Virus record (IMG/VR): IMGVR_UViG_3300018004_000004
Location: 62,001 to 126,000 of that record
Direction: 5' to 3' (one strand)
DNA: 64,000 nucleotides
Every line of letters starts with the position of its first letter. Positions within the stretch are counted from its first letter, which is position 1. Positions 22,555 to 33,700 of this stretch are shown here, piece by piece. The position numbers and the translations under genes are program-made. A model generated the notes under the pieces. That model was not told where the DNA came from, ran no database searches, and worked only from the letters and a program-made list of their open reading frames with translations.

Positions 22555-24068
22555 TATGCTTGCTCGAATGATGCTTGGAATAGATAGGGAGTAAAGTTGT
22601 TCTGCAGGGATGCTAGACCTGCAGTACCGAACGTTGATGTTTGGTAGCGAACTGTCACATTGCTCTGCGGCAGTGAAGCCAGAGTAAGTGTATTGTTTGT
22701 AAATACATAAGCCGAAGCGGGTTGCAGAGTAGAACCATAGTATACAGCCAATGTATTAGGGATCGGGGTCTCATTCAGGACGATCGGGCCGGTCACCGAG
22801 GTGAACACGATGTTGCGTTGTAACACCCCACCGTTGAGATTCGTGCTGGTAATGTTCCCCAGAGTGTAGTTCGGGGAGATTCCCGGGTCTCCATTTCCTT
22901 GGGCCAGCGGGCTTGCGGCCGAGCTGAAGGCTGCAGTCACGACGTCTAGCTGCGCGCGGTACCAGAACGGGGAACTAACCAGGGAGATAGACTGCCCAGG
23001 CTGGATCACCGAGAAGTGGACTCCGTCATAAGAGAGCTGGTGAGTGATCTGTGTCAGCTGATTGTAGATACGCTGTACAGTTGCGAAGTTCACGAGGCCA
23101 GTTGGAGTGTATATAGGCTTGGAGGTAAACTGACCCGAAGAGGCGAAGACACGCTGATGTGTTTCGATGCCACGGAGAGCGACGAAACCCTGGCCAATCA
23201 AATCAGCAATCACAATCTTCATCACACTGACCGTGCGCGGGTTGAAATCAATAATAGCATCACCGCTATACTTGCCAGACTTGGCATCCAATGTTAGATC
23301 ATCAGGGAAGAGCTCTGCATCAATCTTATCGAAGTAGATCCCATCTGGAGAACTAGTCAGGCTGATGATCTCCAGGCCCTCATAGTTATCCTGGTGTATA
23401 ATCAATCGATTCAACGGAGTAGGAGTAGAGAACTGTAGCTGCAGCTCGAGCTGAGACCCATTCCAAACCACCACGTTTGTTACAGAGTGTGTAGGGTTCA
23501 ACAGCTGCATCGGATCATAGTTAGCATTGGCTGTAGCAGTTGAGCTAATGCTCGACGGACCTGTAATGATGGTATTCGGATTTACCGTGGTGTCCGATGT
23601 CAGTGGGCAGGTAGCTACACCAGCATTGAAGTCTAGGTTTGCAGTATAGCCCGGCTGCATTTGAGCGTCATTGACGAATGCCTCAATATACTGGCTGGCG
23701 ATTGAGCCGTATACTTGTTCGCGGACTTTCTGACGCAGGGTATTCTGAACTCCAGCAGACAAGTTGTAGTACTGGGCAATCTGTGTCTCGATCGAAGTTA
23801 CTTCCGCAGCGATGTCATTACCGTCGTTGTTCAAGTTCCCCAGATAGGTAGTGATATCTCCCACGATGGCCGGCGTCTGGCCAGCAAAGAAAGCAGGAGG
23901 AGTCATCTTGTTTCCAAGATTCAACACACCATTCACCTGGCTATAGACTTCTGCTTGGTAATCAACCTGAGTGTAAGCTACGAATGAACGCAGTTGATTA
24001 GCAATGCGCGCGATCCTGTTAAGGATGAGCTGGCTTGTTTGAACGGAATCGAAGACGGGGTTAAACAT
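22554..24068 (-). CDS. putative baseplate/virion structural protein
   Basis: TAATG-coupled; helical N-terminus then beta-rich; SGQFTSKPI motif. Confidence 0.7.
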   Translation of the reverse strand: MFNPVFDSVQTSQLILNRIARIANQLRSFVAYTQVDYQAEVYSQVNGVLNLGNKMTPPAFFAGQTPAIVGDITTYLGNLNNDGNDIAAEVTSIETQIAQYYNLSAGVQNTLRQKVREQVYGSIASQYIEAFVNDAQMQPGYTANLDFNAGVATCPLTSDTTVNPNTIITGPSSISSTATANANYDPMQLLNPTHSVTNVVVWNGSQLELQLQFSTPTPLNRLIIHQDNYEGLEIISLTSSPDGIYFDKIDAELFPDDLTLDAKSGKYSGDAIIDFNPRTVSVMKIVIADLIGQGFVALRGIETHQRVFASSGQFTSKPIYTPTGLVNFATVQRIYNQLTQITHQLSYDGVHFSVIQPGQSISLVSSPFWYRAQLDVVTAAFSSAASPLAQGNGDPGISPNYTLGNITSTNLNGGVLQRNIVFTSVTGPIVLNETPIPNTLAVYYGSTLQPASAYVFTNNTLTLASLPQSNVTVRYQTSTFGTAGLASLQNNFTPYLFQASFEQA

Positions 24069-26074
24069 TAGCGTGTAGTAACCTGTAACTGTAGGGCTTG
24101 GGCCACAGACAGTTCATTACGGAACACAAACTTCACGAAGAAGTCGACGTGATCGGCGACAAAAGCACCTGGATACAGAATCGTAGTTCCAGGTGTGAAT
24201 GCAATCTCGTTCTGCTCGAGGACTGCATCATTCGCATCGTATGAGATATAACCAAGGTAGACTGCATTCGTCGACATATTTGTCAGTTCACAGTCTAGGC
24301 GAATGACTTCCGGTGTGCCTTGGACAAGATAAGGTCCGCTACTAAACACACCAGGGAGATTAGGGAGGTCATCATACGCTGCAATGTTTTGAACACCGAA
24401 CTCATAAAGAGCTCCTTCAAAGTGCTGAGGAATACCAGGCTGTGGACGTTGCACCGAGAAAGGCAAGCTAGATTGAAGCTGAGCCAGGGTGTCACGGCGC
24501 AGTGTATCCGGCGCCTGTACCAAGTACTCTTTCAACGCATAGTTTGTCTGGGCAAAGGTCACAACAAAAGATCTTACTAGCTGGCGCGCGAACTTGAAAG
24601 TAACTGCGCGGTCAAGAATGAATGGCGTGCTGACTACGATGGTCTGGTTTGCATCTGTAAATCCAAGAGCCACAATGCTTGTGATGGTTGGTGAGAAGTT
24701 AGTGAAAGGTTCCAGATGCAGACCATTCATGTAGACAGTCTGCTGTAGCGTAATAGTCAGTTGAGCGGTCTCACCGAATGTTCCTGAGCCCGGAGTAGTC
24801 ACAAGCAGAACCATTTCTCCAGCCGCGGCTACGTTTGTCGAGCTACCTATCACCTGTAGATAGAGTCCCAGTGGAACCCCAAGCTCATCAAAGAGCGGGA
24901 AGTTACCATTCTGAATATCGATCGGAATGAAGTCTGTCGTATCGTCCGGATACGGACGATTCTGATCCAACATGAAGATAGGACTCCAGTGTGTCTGATC
25001 GATCGAGCACTGATAAGCCGGATAGTATTCCTCGAACATGATCGTGACATTCTGTCCAGGCAGAGCACCAGTCGATAGAACAGTCAGCTGTGATGTCTGA
25101 TTGACTGTGTAATCCAGACCTTGAGTGAAGACCTTGGTTGGAGTAAAGACTTGGACGGTGTCGGCTGTTACATTGAATGGACTGAGTTTGATGACCTGAT
25201 TACCTATCAGGTTTGTGACGATGATATTTTGTTGGCGAGGCTGGAATAGGATGCGTACATAGACAGGAAGACTTCCTCCTGCCACTGAGCCTGTGGCAGT
25301 ATAGAGCCCAGCGGCCGAACCGCCCACCGGCAGTTGTACCGCGATAACTGGCGCACCAAACGTAAGTATCGGAGAGGGTTCCAGAGTAGAGAGATACGCC
25401 CACGTCTGGTCATTACTATAGATGGTTTCATACTGTGTCTGTCCTGAGTTCGGAGTAAAGGACCAGGCTATATCCTTCACCGGTATGTTACGGTGGATTG
25501 TGGGGGAACCAATACCTTGTGTAGCCGTACTATCCCCACTGAGTACATAGGAAACATCCGGTACTGGAGTGAGATAAGCTACACCATTAGTGGGGTCGGT
25601 CTGATAGGTAGCACCACCTGTAGTAGGATAAACCTCACTTGTAGAACCATGACCCGACTCGAAGTTCCAGAGACTGACCTGGGAAGTTGGCAAGTATGGG
25701 CGTTGGGATCCCCATACTTCTATCTCGGCCGCGGCGATTGTCTTATCAATCAGATCCGATTCCTTCTGGATTGTGGAAAGCAGAGCCGTGATTGTGCTCT
25801 GCATGTTCTCCACTTCACTTGTTATTGCATTGTAGCGCGCCTGTAGAGTCTGTACCGGAGTATTCACGTCCGTCACATAGGCAGTATTGCCGGCCGCCGG
25901 AAGGGTAAGAGTCGAGAAACTCTGGCCTTCAGCCTGGATGGTCTGGGCCGCCGACGTATCAAACAGAGTTCCACCACCATACTCGCCAGCAGAGATATCC
26001 GTCTCAAGCTGAGCCAGCAGCTGCTCATACAGATAAGCAGTGAGGTTCGATTGGTAGTTTCCAAGTAGTTGCAT
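24068..26074 (-). CDS. putative baseplate/virion structural protein
   Basis: TAATG-coupled; coiled-coil N-terminus; YEFGVQNI/GVFSSGPY motif similar to its neighbours. Confidence 0.7.
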   Translation of the reverse strand: MQLLGNYQSNLTAYLYEQLLAQLETDISAGEYGGGTLFDTSAAQTIQAEGQSFSTLTLPAAGNTAYVTDVNTPVQTLQARYNAITSEVENMQSTITALLSTIQKESDLIDKTIAAAEIEVWGSQRPYLPTSQVSLWNFESGHGSTSEVYPTTGGATYQTDPTNGVAYLTPVPDVSYVLSGDSTATQGIGSPTIHRNIPVKDIAWSFTPNSGQTQYETIYSNDQTWAYLSTLEPSPILTFGAPVIAVQLPVGGSAAGLYTATGSVAGGSLPVYVRILFQPRQQNIIVTNLIGNQVIKLSPFNVTADTVQVFTPTKVFTQGLDYTVNQTSQLTVLSTGALPGQNVTIMFEEYYPAYQCSIDQTHWSPIFMLDQNRPYPDDTTDFIPIDIQNGNFPLFDELGVPLGLYLQVIGSSTNVAAAGEMVLLVTTPGSGTFGETAQLTITLQQTVYMNGLHLEPFTNFSPTITSIVALGFTDANQTIVVSTPFILDRAVTFKFARQLVRSFVVTFAQTNYALKEYLVQAPDTLRRDTLAQLQSSLPFSVQRPQPGIPQHFEGALYEFGVQNIAAYDDLPNLPGVFSSGPYLVQGTPEVIRLDCELTNMSTNAVYLGYISYDANDAVLEQNEIAFTPGTTILYPGAFVADHVDFFVKFVFRNELSVAQALQLQVTTR

Positions 26075-26586
26075 TAGGCCACGTCAAAGTCTGCAGTTAG
26101 TTGAATGTTGTAGATATCGTACTGTGTTGCTTGCTCAGGGATGACATACTTAAGCACCAGGTTCGCCGAGTCAAATGGTCCAAGAACACCATTCAAACCG
26201 TTCAATCCTACGGCAACCGCTGGCAAAAGCACCCAGGTCGAGGGCGCGGCTTCATAGCCATAGGTTGTGGAGAAAGCCGTATAGGTTTTGCCACCATCAT
26301 AGCTAATGAACAACCCGCCACCTTGTGTTGGCCATACTCCCTGTACAACAGCAATCTGTTTGGGATCGCCCGTCAGATAGAGTTTCACATTACGAAATGT
26401 ATCGAATGTCTGTAAGTCATGGGAACTGGAGGACATACGTACATTGACTGGGGTTGTTTCATGGCTAGGGAATGTGATGCCCTGAACACATTGATTCTCC
26501 TGGAAGACAAGATTCACCAATCCAATAAGGACGGCCGAGCCTTGTGTCCAGTTCAGGTATACTCCGGGAGTGGGTAGGTTGCTCAT
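26074..26586 (-). CDS. putative virion structural protein
   Basis: TAATG-coupled 170-aa beta-rich ORF. Confidence 0.65.
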   Translation of the reverse strand: MSNLPTPGVYLNWTQGSAVLIGLVNLVFQENQCVQGITFPSHETTPVNVRMSSSSHDLQTFDTFRNVKLYLTGDPKQIAVVQGVWPTQGGGLFISYDGGKTYTAFSTTYGYEAAPSTWVLLPAVAVGLNGLNGVLGPFDSANLVLKYVIPEQATQYDIYNIQLTADFDVA

Positions 26587-28154
26587 TATGCTGTGGTCTC
26601 GTTGCCTTCAGAGTCATAGTAAGTTATGACTGGTATTGTTCCCATGGGTACAACGGCATTTACAATCTGTGATACTTCCGCAGAAGTGAACGTTTGTAGA
26701 AGCGTGACTGGCAGATACAGCATCATAGATCCGCCGGCCGGGAATGGCTTACCATCCCAGAATCCGAGATCCCAGAAGTTGACTGCCTGAGGAATGCCTT
26801 GATATAGTGGCGCCAATCCGCCACCGCGCACACGCGCGTCAGTGAAAGTAAAGTCTCCCACCGACACGGCCTGGCCTACCAGTATTGTACCAAAGAAATG
26901 GTTGGTTCCTTGGGTAGGGACAGGATCATTCGTAGCAGTTATAGTGCCATTCTCATCCTGAACCTGGTAGTAGATATAGTGCAGAGGATCTGCACCATCA
27001 ATCTTCTGATAGAACGAAATGATCTTGTTCCGAACACTCGGATTGGTGTATGGGTTGATATCCAAGCTACTGAAGACTACATCAGGCTCCAGGTAAGAGA
27101 AGAACCCAAAGATGATGTCTGTCGGTTCAGTCTCAACCGATACTTGTACGACTCCAGTGTTAGGATCTATATCCACGAACTGATTCAACCGCCATGGGTA
27201 TAGGAAGCCGTTGCCTGTTTGTCCAGCCAATGCATACTTCAGAACGTAGTTCTTGTCATAGATCAATACGTTAGGGTAGACGTTGTTGTAGAGGATAGGA
27301 CGACGCTCGAACTGAATCAAGTGCGTTGCTATCGAAGTACCCGGGACCCAGCTCCCCAGCTGGTAGGGCTTTTGAGGAGTCCAGACTTGATTGCCGTACT
27401 CCGGCGGGATGTGCTGTAGACTGAATCGTATACGCGCGCGCCATGGATCATTTGGAATGTCATTGTAAGGCTGCAGGATCTGGTATCCGTTCTGTGCATA
27501 CCATCTTACATAGTAAGTAGTAGCAGCATTCACCGTAAGAACGATCGTAGAAGCTGTATAGGTGTTCTCACTGGGCGTAAAGGGAGCCGAGGCGATCACA
27601 TTATAGAACTTCAGAATCTCCAGATGAAGGAAACCAACTGCATCAACGTAGCGTACCTGGTATTGAACGTAAGGCAACACCGTGTTATTGACATTCGGTA
27701 GAGAGTGAAGCAAGAAGGTAGCTGTAACACTTCCCCGAGTCAGCGAACGAATGATAGGACCAGATGCTGATGTCATAGTCGGCGTTGCTATCGTATTACC
27801 TTTGAGGTCGAGAATCGTTACGTTTGACACCCCGGTTGGTAATACATGCTGATAGTACAACGGACTTCCTAACCCATCAACTTGATCCGTTAGCTCAAAG
27901 AACTGGTTAGCAAACTGATACTGCAACGCTCCAGAGATAGCTATTGAGGATTGTAAAGCTGGGGCAGTAAATACCGTATGAGGAGTAGTCAGCTGCGTCA
28001 TTGTCAGCGCGCCAGGCTGATAGACATTGTTATTGACGTCTGTCAACTGGGACGGCGACTCAGGCGTAGTAGACACCTGAGCTATCGGAATCGACCTGGT
28101 GGGCAGATTCTGAGTGTAGTAAACGAACTGTACTCCACGATTGGGTGTAGGCAT
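26586..28154 (-). CDS. putative baseplate structural protein
   Basis: C-terminal DARVRGGGL...WDLGFWDGKPFP motif; operon position. Confidence 0.7.
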   Translation of the reverse strand: MPTPNRGVQFVYYTQNLPTRSIPIAQVSTTPESPSQLTDVNNNVYQPGALTMTQLTTPHTVFTAPALQSSIAISGALQYQFANQFFELTDQVDGLGSPLYYQHVLPTGVSNVTILDLKGNTIATPTMTSASGPIIRSLTRGSVTATFLLHSLPNVNNTVLPYVQYQVRYVDAVGFLHLEILKFYNVIASAPFTPSENTYTASTIVLTVNAATTYYVRWYAQNGYQILQPYNDIPNDPWRARIRFSLQHIPPEYGNQVWTPQKPYQLGSWVPGTSIATHLIQFERRPILYNNVYPNVLIYDKNYVLKYALAGQTGNGFLYPWRLNQFVDIDPNTGVVQVSVETEPTDIIFGFFSYLEPDVVFSSLDINPYTNPSVRNKIISFYQKIDGADPLHYIYYQVQDENGTITATNDPVPTQGTNHFFGTILVGQAVSVGDFTFTDARVRGGGLAPLYQGIPQAVNFWDLGFWDGKPFPAGGSMMLYLPVTLLQTFTSAEVSQIVNAVVPMGTIPVITYYDSEGNETTA

Positions 28155-28155
28155 A

Positions 28156-30789
28156 TTACACGATTGTAAAGACGAATGGGCTATTCACTGGTGTACCACC
28201 TGTTGGGGTAACAGTTAGAACACCGGTTGTTGCTCCCGCAGGGATGGTGCAAGTAATACTTGTCGAAGAGTATCCAGAGATGGCTGCAGCGTGGCCGTTG
28301 AAAGCAAATGTGCCCGAGCTACCAAAGTTACGACCCTGGATCTGAACAGTGTTTCCAACAGATCCCTGGTTGAAAGTCTGGGTTGTTGTATCGAATGCAC
28401 TAATGATCAACGCATTCGCAGTTAGATTTCTCCAAGCAACCGCGCTAACTGCAGCAATACCGTTGAAGACATACTGATGGCTTTCATCAGCTGTTCCAAT
28501 AACCTTGACGATGCGAGTGCTGTTGTTAACCACAGCCTCGTAGTAGTTGCCCTTCGTGTCATAGGTAATGTTCATAGCAAATGACAGAGAAGCGCTGGCG
28601 TAGAAGTTAGTAGAGCTCCAACCCGTTGCTTCAGGCAAAGCTACTTGCTGAGTGCCTGCATACACACCATGACCGAAAGCGATTTCAAAGAAACCACCAA
28701 AGTTGATGATAACGTAGGTAATCGAAGCTGATGTGCTTGGGTAAGCAACATCCGCTTGACCTGTAGGATTGTGTGGCAATCCAGGCTGACCTGTTATTGT
28801 ACCCCCACCAGGATTGATTGAGTCACCTGGGAAGGAAGGTCCAGGAGTTGTCACAACACGAACAGAGATGTTTGTCTTTGCATCGGTGTACGCAGTGACA
28901 TCAGAGATGATACCCGATACTGTAGTGTTGACGTAAGTCTCGCTGGCAGCACCAATATCAGCTGCACTCAAACCATGAGGATTGTTATTCCCATGAGAGT
29001 TGTAGTTAACGTGCTCAGCCAGCACATTAGCAATCAAGGACATCAAGCCAAGCGTACCACGATATGTAGCTGGTCCGCCTGTGCCGTTTAACCCTTGCGC
29101 GTTAGCCGCATTCGCCAGCAAGGAGTACAGATCTCCACTATGTGTCAAAGCTGCCTTGCGAACGTTTGTATTGCTTAAGAGAACAGCAGCATCGCCGGAT
29201 ACCGAGGTCGTAGCTTCATTGACTGTGAAACCACCAGTATCAGAAGTTACAGAAGCCGGATGGCTTGTACCCAATCCCAGCTGTTGGCCAACGTGCGAAG
29301 CAGGAGCGGCGCCGACCTGAGAGGCTGTATAGTCTCCAGCTTGCGCGGTAACAACTCCAAAGCGGCCGTTGAATGACACAACGCCAGCGCTACCACCACT
29401 AGCAGCAAAGAGAGCATCGAGGGCCGCGGTGATTGTCTCTTTCTTTGTCTTGTAGATGAGAACATCGCTGGAGATACCACCCTGATTCAAAGTGGCTGTA
29501 GCTCCGGTGACTTCATCTACAGCATAAGGATTTGTCAGAATCAGAGTGGTAGCCGAAGACGATGTGCACAACAGTTCAACACCGTTGTTACCAACATTCG
29601 TGAAGCCGGCAACCGTAAAGCGATAGCCAACAAAGAAGTCGCCAGCGCCACTGACAGACTCACTACCAATGGTTCCTGTAATGGCACCGTTATAGGTTAC
29701 AACGCTGCCAGCAACAGATACAGATGACAGACTGAATGTTACGAATGCAGCTGGGTCATAGGCTGGGAGGTTAGCTGGGCCAGCATTGGTCCAAATCCAC
29801 TCCACGCTGCTTGTCGGCGGGCTATTAGAAATAGCCTGCCATGTCACACCACCGACGTTTGTATTCCAACCGCCGAGAGTGTATGTAGGACCAGCAGTTA
29901 CGGCAATCAGGTCAGTGACTGCTGTGGCTGGTATGTGAGCTGGCAAATAAGGACTGATTAGCTGAGGGCCTGTCTGCGTAGTAGAGCAGATCTGCAGGTT
30001 GCCGTTGCTGTCAACTACCTTTGCACCCGGGGCCGCGAGACCAGCAACCCACGTAGGATACGAAGAAGCCTGGAGACCTGTCTGAATAAGTTGAGCAACA
30101 GACCCAGTCTCAACACTGAGAGGAGCTGGAACACGAGGATCGTGCACGCGCGCGTCAGTAGTACCAACAGCCAGGCCTGTAGTATCAGTTAATGCTACCA
30201 GCCCAGCCTGATTCGGATTACCTTGAGCATAAGGAAGCACGCCATTGATGTAAGTGACTGTCACGTTTGGCGTAGCACTCATGTCGAAGATAGCAAGGAC
30301 GATCGCCGATGAGTTCTTTGCAAACTGAGTAGGGCTCGGCGAGCCATGAGTATCTGTCCAGTCCACATCCAGGTTCAACTGGCCAGCCTGAATAGTGGGC
30401 TCGCCAGTAATACCATCGATGAAGGACGGATCATCCGAACTTGTCTTCTGATCCCATGACCAGTTCAAGTAAAGATTTACAGTGCCTGATACAGGCTGTG
30501 AGCCGGCTATCGTTACTGTATTACCCAGCGATTCAAAACGATCATTCACCAATACGTAGATTGGGAAGCTGGCATTGGAGTGCGTCATTACGATCGTAGA
30601 GCCAGTGATATTGAACACACAGTTGAGCAGCGTACCTTGTGCAAACAGCTGTGCCATACCGGTGATTCCGTTGATCGCAGTGACCGAACGGCCCTCGAGT
30701 ATAGTCTGCAGCAACGTCACGTTGCTGGCATCGAGGATGTTACCCCCGATGAAGTCAATATAGCGGTAGAGAGATGGATTTGAAGGCAT
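28156..30789 (-). CDS. baseplate-attached tail fibre protein with C-terminal IPT/TIG domain
   Basis: GVVSFNGRFGVVTAQAGDY and NPHGLSAADIGA fibre motifs; C-terminal GSVGNTVQIQGRNFG...ITCTIPAGATTG. Confidence 0.78.
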   Translation of the reverse strand: MPSNPSLYRYIDFIGGNILDASNVTLLQTILEGRSVTAINGITGMAQLFAQGTLLNCVFNITGSTIVMTHSNASFPIYVLVNDRFESLGNTVTIAGSQPVSGTVNLYLNWSWDQKTSSDDPSFIDGITGEPTIQAGQLNLDVDWTDTHGSPSPTQFAKNSSAIVLAIFDMSATPNVTVTYINGVLPYAQGNPNQAGLVALTDTTGLAVGTTDARVHDPRVPAPLSVETGSVAQLIQTGLQASSYPTWVAGLAAPGAKVVDSNGNLQICSTTQTGPQLISPYLPAHIPATAVTDLIAVTAGPTYTLGGWNTNVGGVTWQAISNSPPTSSVEWIWTNAGPANLPAYDPAAFVTFSLSSVSVAGSVVTYNGAITGTIGSESVSGAGDFFVGYRFTVAGFTNVGNNGVELLCTSSSATTLILTNPYAVDEVTGATATLNQGGISSDVLIYKTKKETITAALDALFAASGGSAGVVSFNGRFGVVTAQAGDYTASQVGAAPASHVGQQLGLGTSHPASVTSDTGGFTVNEATTSVSGDAAVLLSNTNVRKAALTHSGDLYSLLANAANAQGLNGTGGPATYRGTLGLMSLIANVLAEHVNYNSHGNNNPHGLSAADIGAASETYVNTTVSGIISDVTAYTDAKTNISVRVVTTPGPSFPGDSINPGGGTITGQPGLPHNPTGQADVAYPSTSASITYVIINFGGFFEIAFGHGVYAGTQQVALPEATGWSSTNFYASASLSFAMNITYDTKGNYYEAVVNNSTRIVKVIGTADESHQYVFNGIAAVSAVAWRNLTANALIISAFDTTTQTFNQGSVGNTVQIQGRNFGSSGTFAFNGHAAAISGYSSTSITCTIPAGATTGVLTVTPTGGTPVNSPFVFTIV

Positions 30790-30799
30790 GTGTTATTCC

Positions 30800-33700
30800 T
30801 TATGGAGTGACGATCCCCAATCTATTTTGGTTGAGCACGCTGTCCGAGAGCGGCGTTGGATAGTATGGCGGACCAAGGGTCTGAGCCGTACTTGGTACGA
30901 TATACGGATTATTGATGAGCTGGTTCGGCGGTTGCATCTGCAACATGATTGAGTTGCTATAGATGTTCGTACCTACCACCTGCATCTGAATGATTTCTCT
31001 TTCCAGGAACTGAAATAGATAAGCCTGTACGAAGCCCTGAGACGGATTCGGCAGAGTCTTATCGAATACAACCTGAACAGCCTCACCATTAAATCCCTGA
31101 GAAGTATCAACCAACGTACCAGATAACTGAGCTGTAGGAGCAAGTACACCAGCATTTGTCTGATACGAAAGAGTTGTATAGCCAGCCGACGGTGTATTCA
31201 GAGATACTGCTGTAACTTTCCAGGAGCCATCGAGGCTTGGGGATGTGGCGTTGTAAACGTTGATGATATCGTTTACAGCGATCGTAATGGTATTGTGTCC
31301 TTGGATTACTTCGACTGTTGCTAGACCAGTACCATCGATTTGAGAGTTACCAAACAAGCTGAAGATGTTGTCAAAGTAATCGTTCCCGAGCTTATCATAG
31401 ACATGGATAGGAACGGCCGTGCTTGGACCCGGAGTACCGCGGTTAGACCAAGCAACGGTATTGTCTGTTGTTGGTTGATTGAAAAGCTTGGCCCATGTCG
31501 GTGGAGTCAGACCAGAAGTTCCGGCACCACCGGTATTAACTTTCTGTATATTTCCATTAGGATCTAGAATCACATCCCCATCTTGATAATCATAACTAGG
31601 CACCCAAGGGATAAGATTCTTAGTCCACTCAGTAAGAACACCGTTCATGATGAAGTTACTATACGTCAGTGTGGCTCCCGCTTCAGATTCAGTGCCCGAA
31701 CCTGCAGTAGTTGTGGGAGTGCTAACAACATTACCGACAACCGACAGGACATTCTGGAAGCCATTCAATGTCGAAGTCGTACAGCCTACGATCTTGACAT
31801 TCTGCCCTTTCTCAAGATTCGTTGGAGTGGTAGCCAGAGTATACTGAGCAACATTACCTGCCCAGGAGACACTGAGAATAGTCTCGGCGCCATCCACTGT
31901 ACCATCTGCTACGAAAGGCACAGCACCGGTAGCTAACAAGCTACCTGCTACTTGTGGCGTCGAGGCCAGTGATCCAGACTGTACCCACTGCACTGTCCAA
32001 ACTCCGGAGGACAAAGCAGCCGATGTCAAAACCCAGGAGCCATCCAATATAGAAGATGTAGCATTGGATATAGTGACAGGATTGCCCACGGCCAGGGTGA
32101 TTGGAGGATTGTTCACCACTTGTGCTGTAGCGTGGCCAGACAAGGTCACACCTATATCCGCATTACCTGTCAGATCCAGCGCACTAAGACCGAACAAGGG
32201 TTGATTGCTCAGCACAGGATAGACATAATCCAGCCAACCTTCATTCGACGGAGGTGCAGCCCAGAGCTGGCTAATAGCAATCGGAACAGGCAATACCAGT
32301 GTATCTGTTGGCCCGGCCAATCCAACGACAGTCACAGTCCCTGGATCATTTGGCATATTGACAGTCAGTGTATTGATAGAAGCATCGACCGTCAGTATCT
32401 GCCAATCACCATTCCAGGCCGCAGGAGCAAAGCCTGTCAGACGGAGATTACCACCTGCCCAATACTCATGCAACAGAGGAGCCGGCAGTTCAACAGTTCC
32501 GTAGCCGCCACCTGAAACTAAAGTCCAGGTAGGTGTAACTGAAGGCGTCTGTGTGGTACTAGTAACTAACCATGGAGATACAGTCGGAATGTAGAAACCA
32601 AAATCGTTGTCAGGCTGATATACAAGGTTTGCAATCCCGTCACCACCAGTTACAACAACCACTGGAGTGGTATTGGGATCTACACCGTTGATCAACCCGC
32701 GGAACGGGTAACTCTGCAGCGGCTGTCCGTTGAGTGGATTGTATCCACCAGGTACAACCTGCAGCTGAGCACCTGGTATCACTTCATTCGGCAAGCTACC
32801 AATGGCCGTAGCTGTTAATAGCGCATGGTCACCATTGTAATAGATAGGCCCATAGGCTATTAAGCCTATAATCGAGCTGAGTGTCGGAGGGATGGCGATC
32901 TGTGGCTTGTCGGCCGACAAAGTCACTGCCACTGGGCGTAGGACGCGATGCTGCAAGAACACGTAACCACTTGACAGGCCAGAGAATGCAGGATTCAGAT
33001 CTGGGGTCAGGAGACGTGTATTCTTCAGGAGATCCTGTTCATCAGGGATGTTTGTATTTTGGATCTCAGTCTCATCCGGAACATCATACTCATACTCTAC
33101 TGCTATGGCCGGGTTGACCACAGCAAAGAGAGGCTGGCCGGCAGCAGTACCACTAGCTTTGGGGAACGTGATGAAACCCTGCTCGCGATTAAACGTGTAG
33201 GCAGGGATATTGACGTCTGGCCCAGTAACATACAGCTTAATCACACTATCAACTGGATAGTATGGCAGATCAAAGTACTCGGTAACACCGCCCGACAACA
33301 CACCTAGTAAGATAGTTGTCTGGGGACTCTGAACTGCAGGATTGATTGTCAATATCCCTGTTACACGATCGACGGTAAACTGAGGGTTGACCACATCCGC
33401 AGGATTGAAGTTGGGTCCGAAAGTATAGCGAGCATTCAGATTGTATTCGTAGAAGCCCTGGCCATCCAAGCGCCAGTTACCAACAAAGACGGTAGTTTGT
33501 TCACGCGGCGGAGCCAGCAGCTGATACGTTAGAGATCCACCGACAACGGATGGCAGGAACTCTAGGTTCCAGTTGTCAGATGGGAAGAAGTAACGCTTTA
33601 CACCAGTGAAGTACTGGCCATGCAGCGCGCGCAGATAGACAGAGCTATCGATCTCTTGCAACTCAATCGGCTCCAGGTCGTTGGTTTCGCCGATGCTACC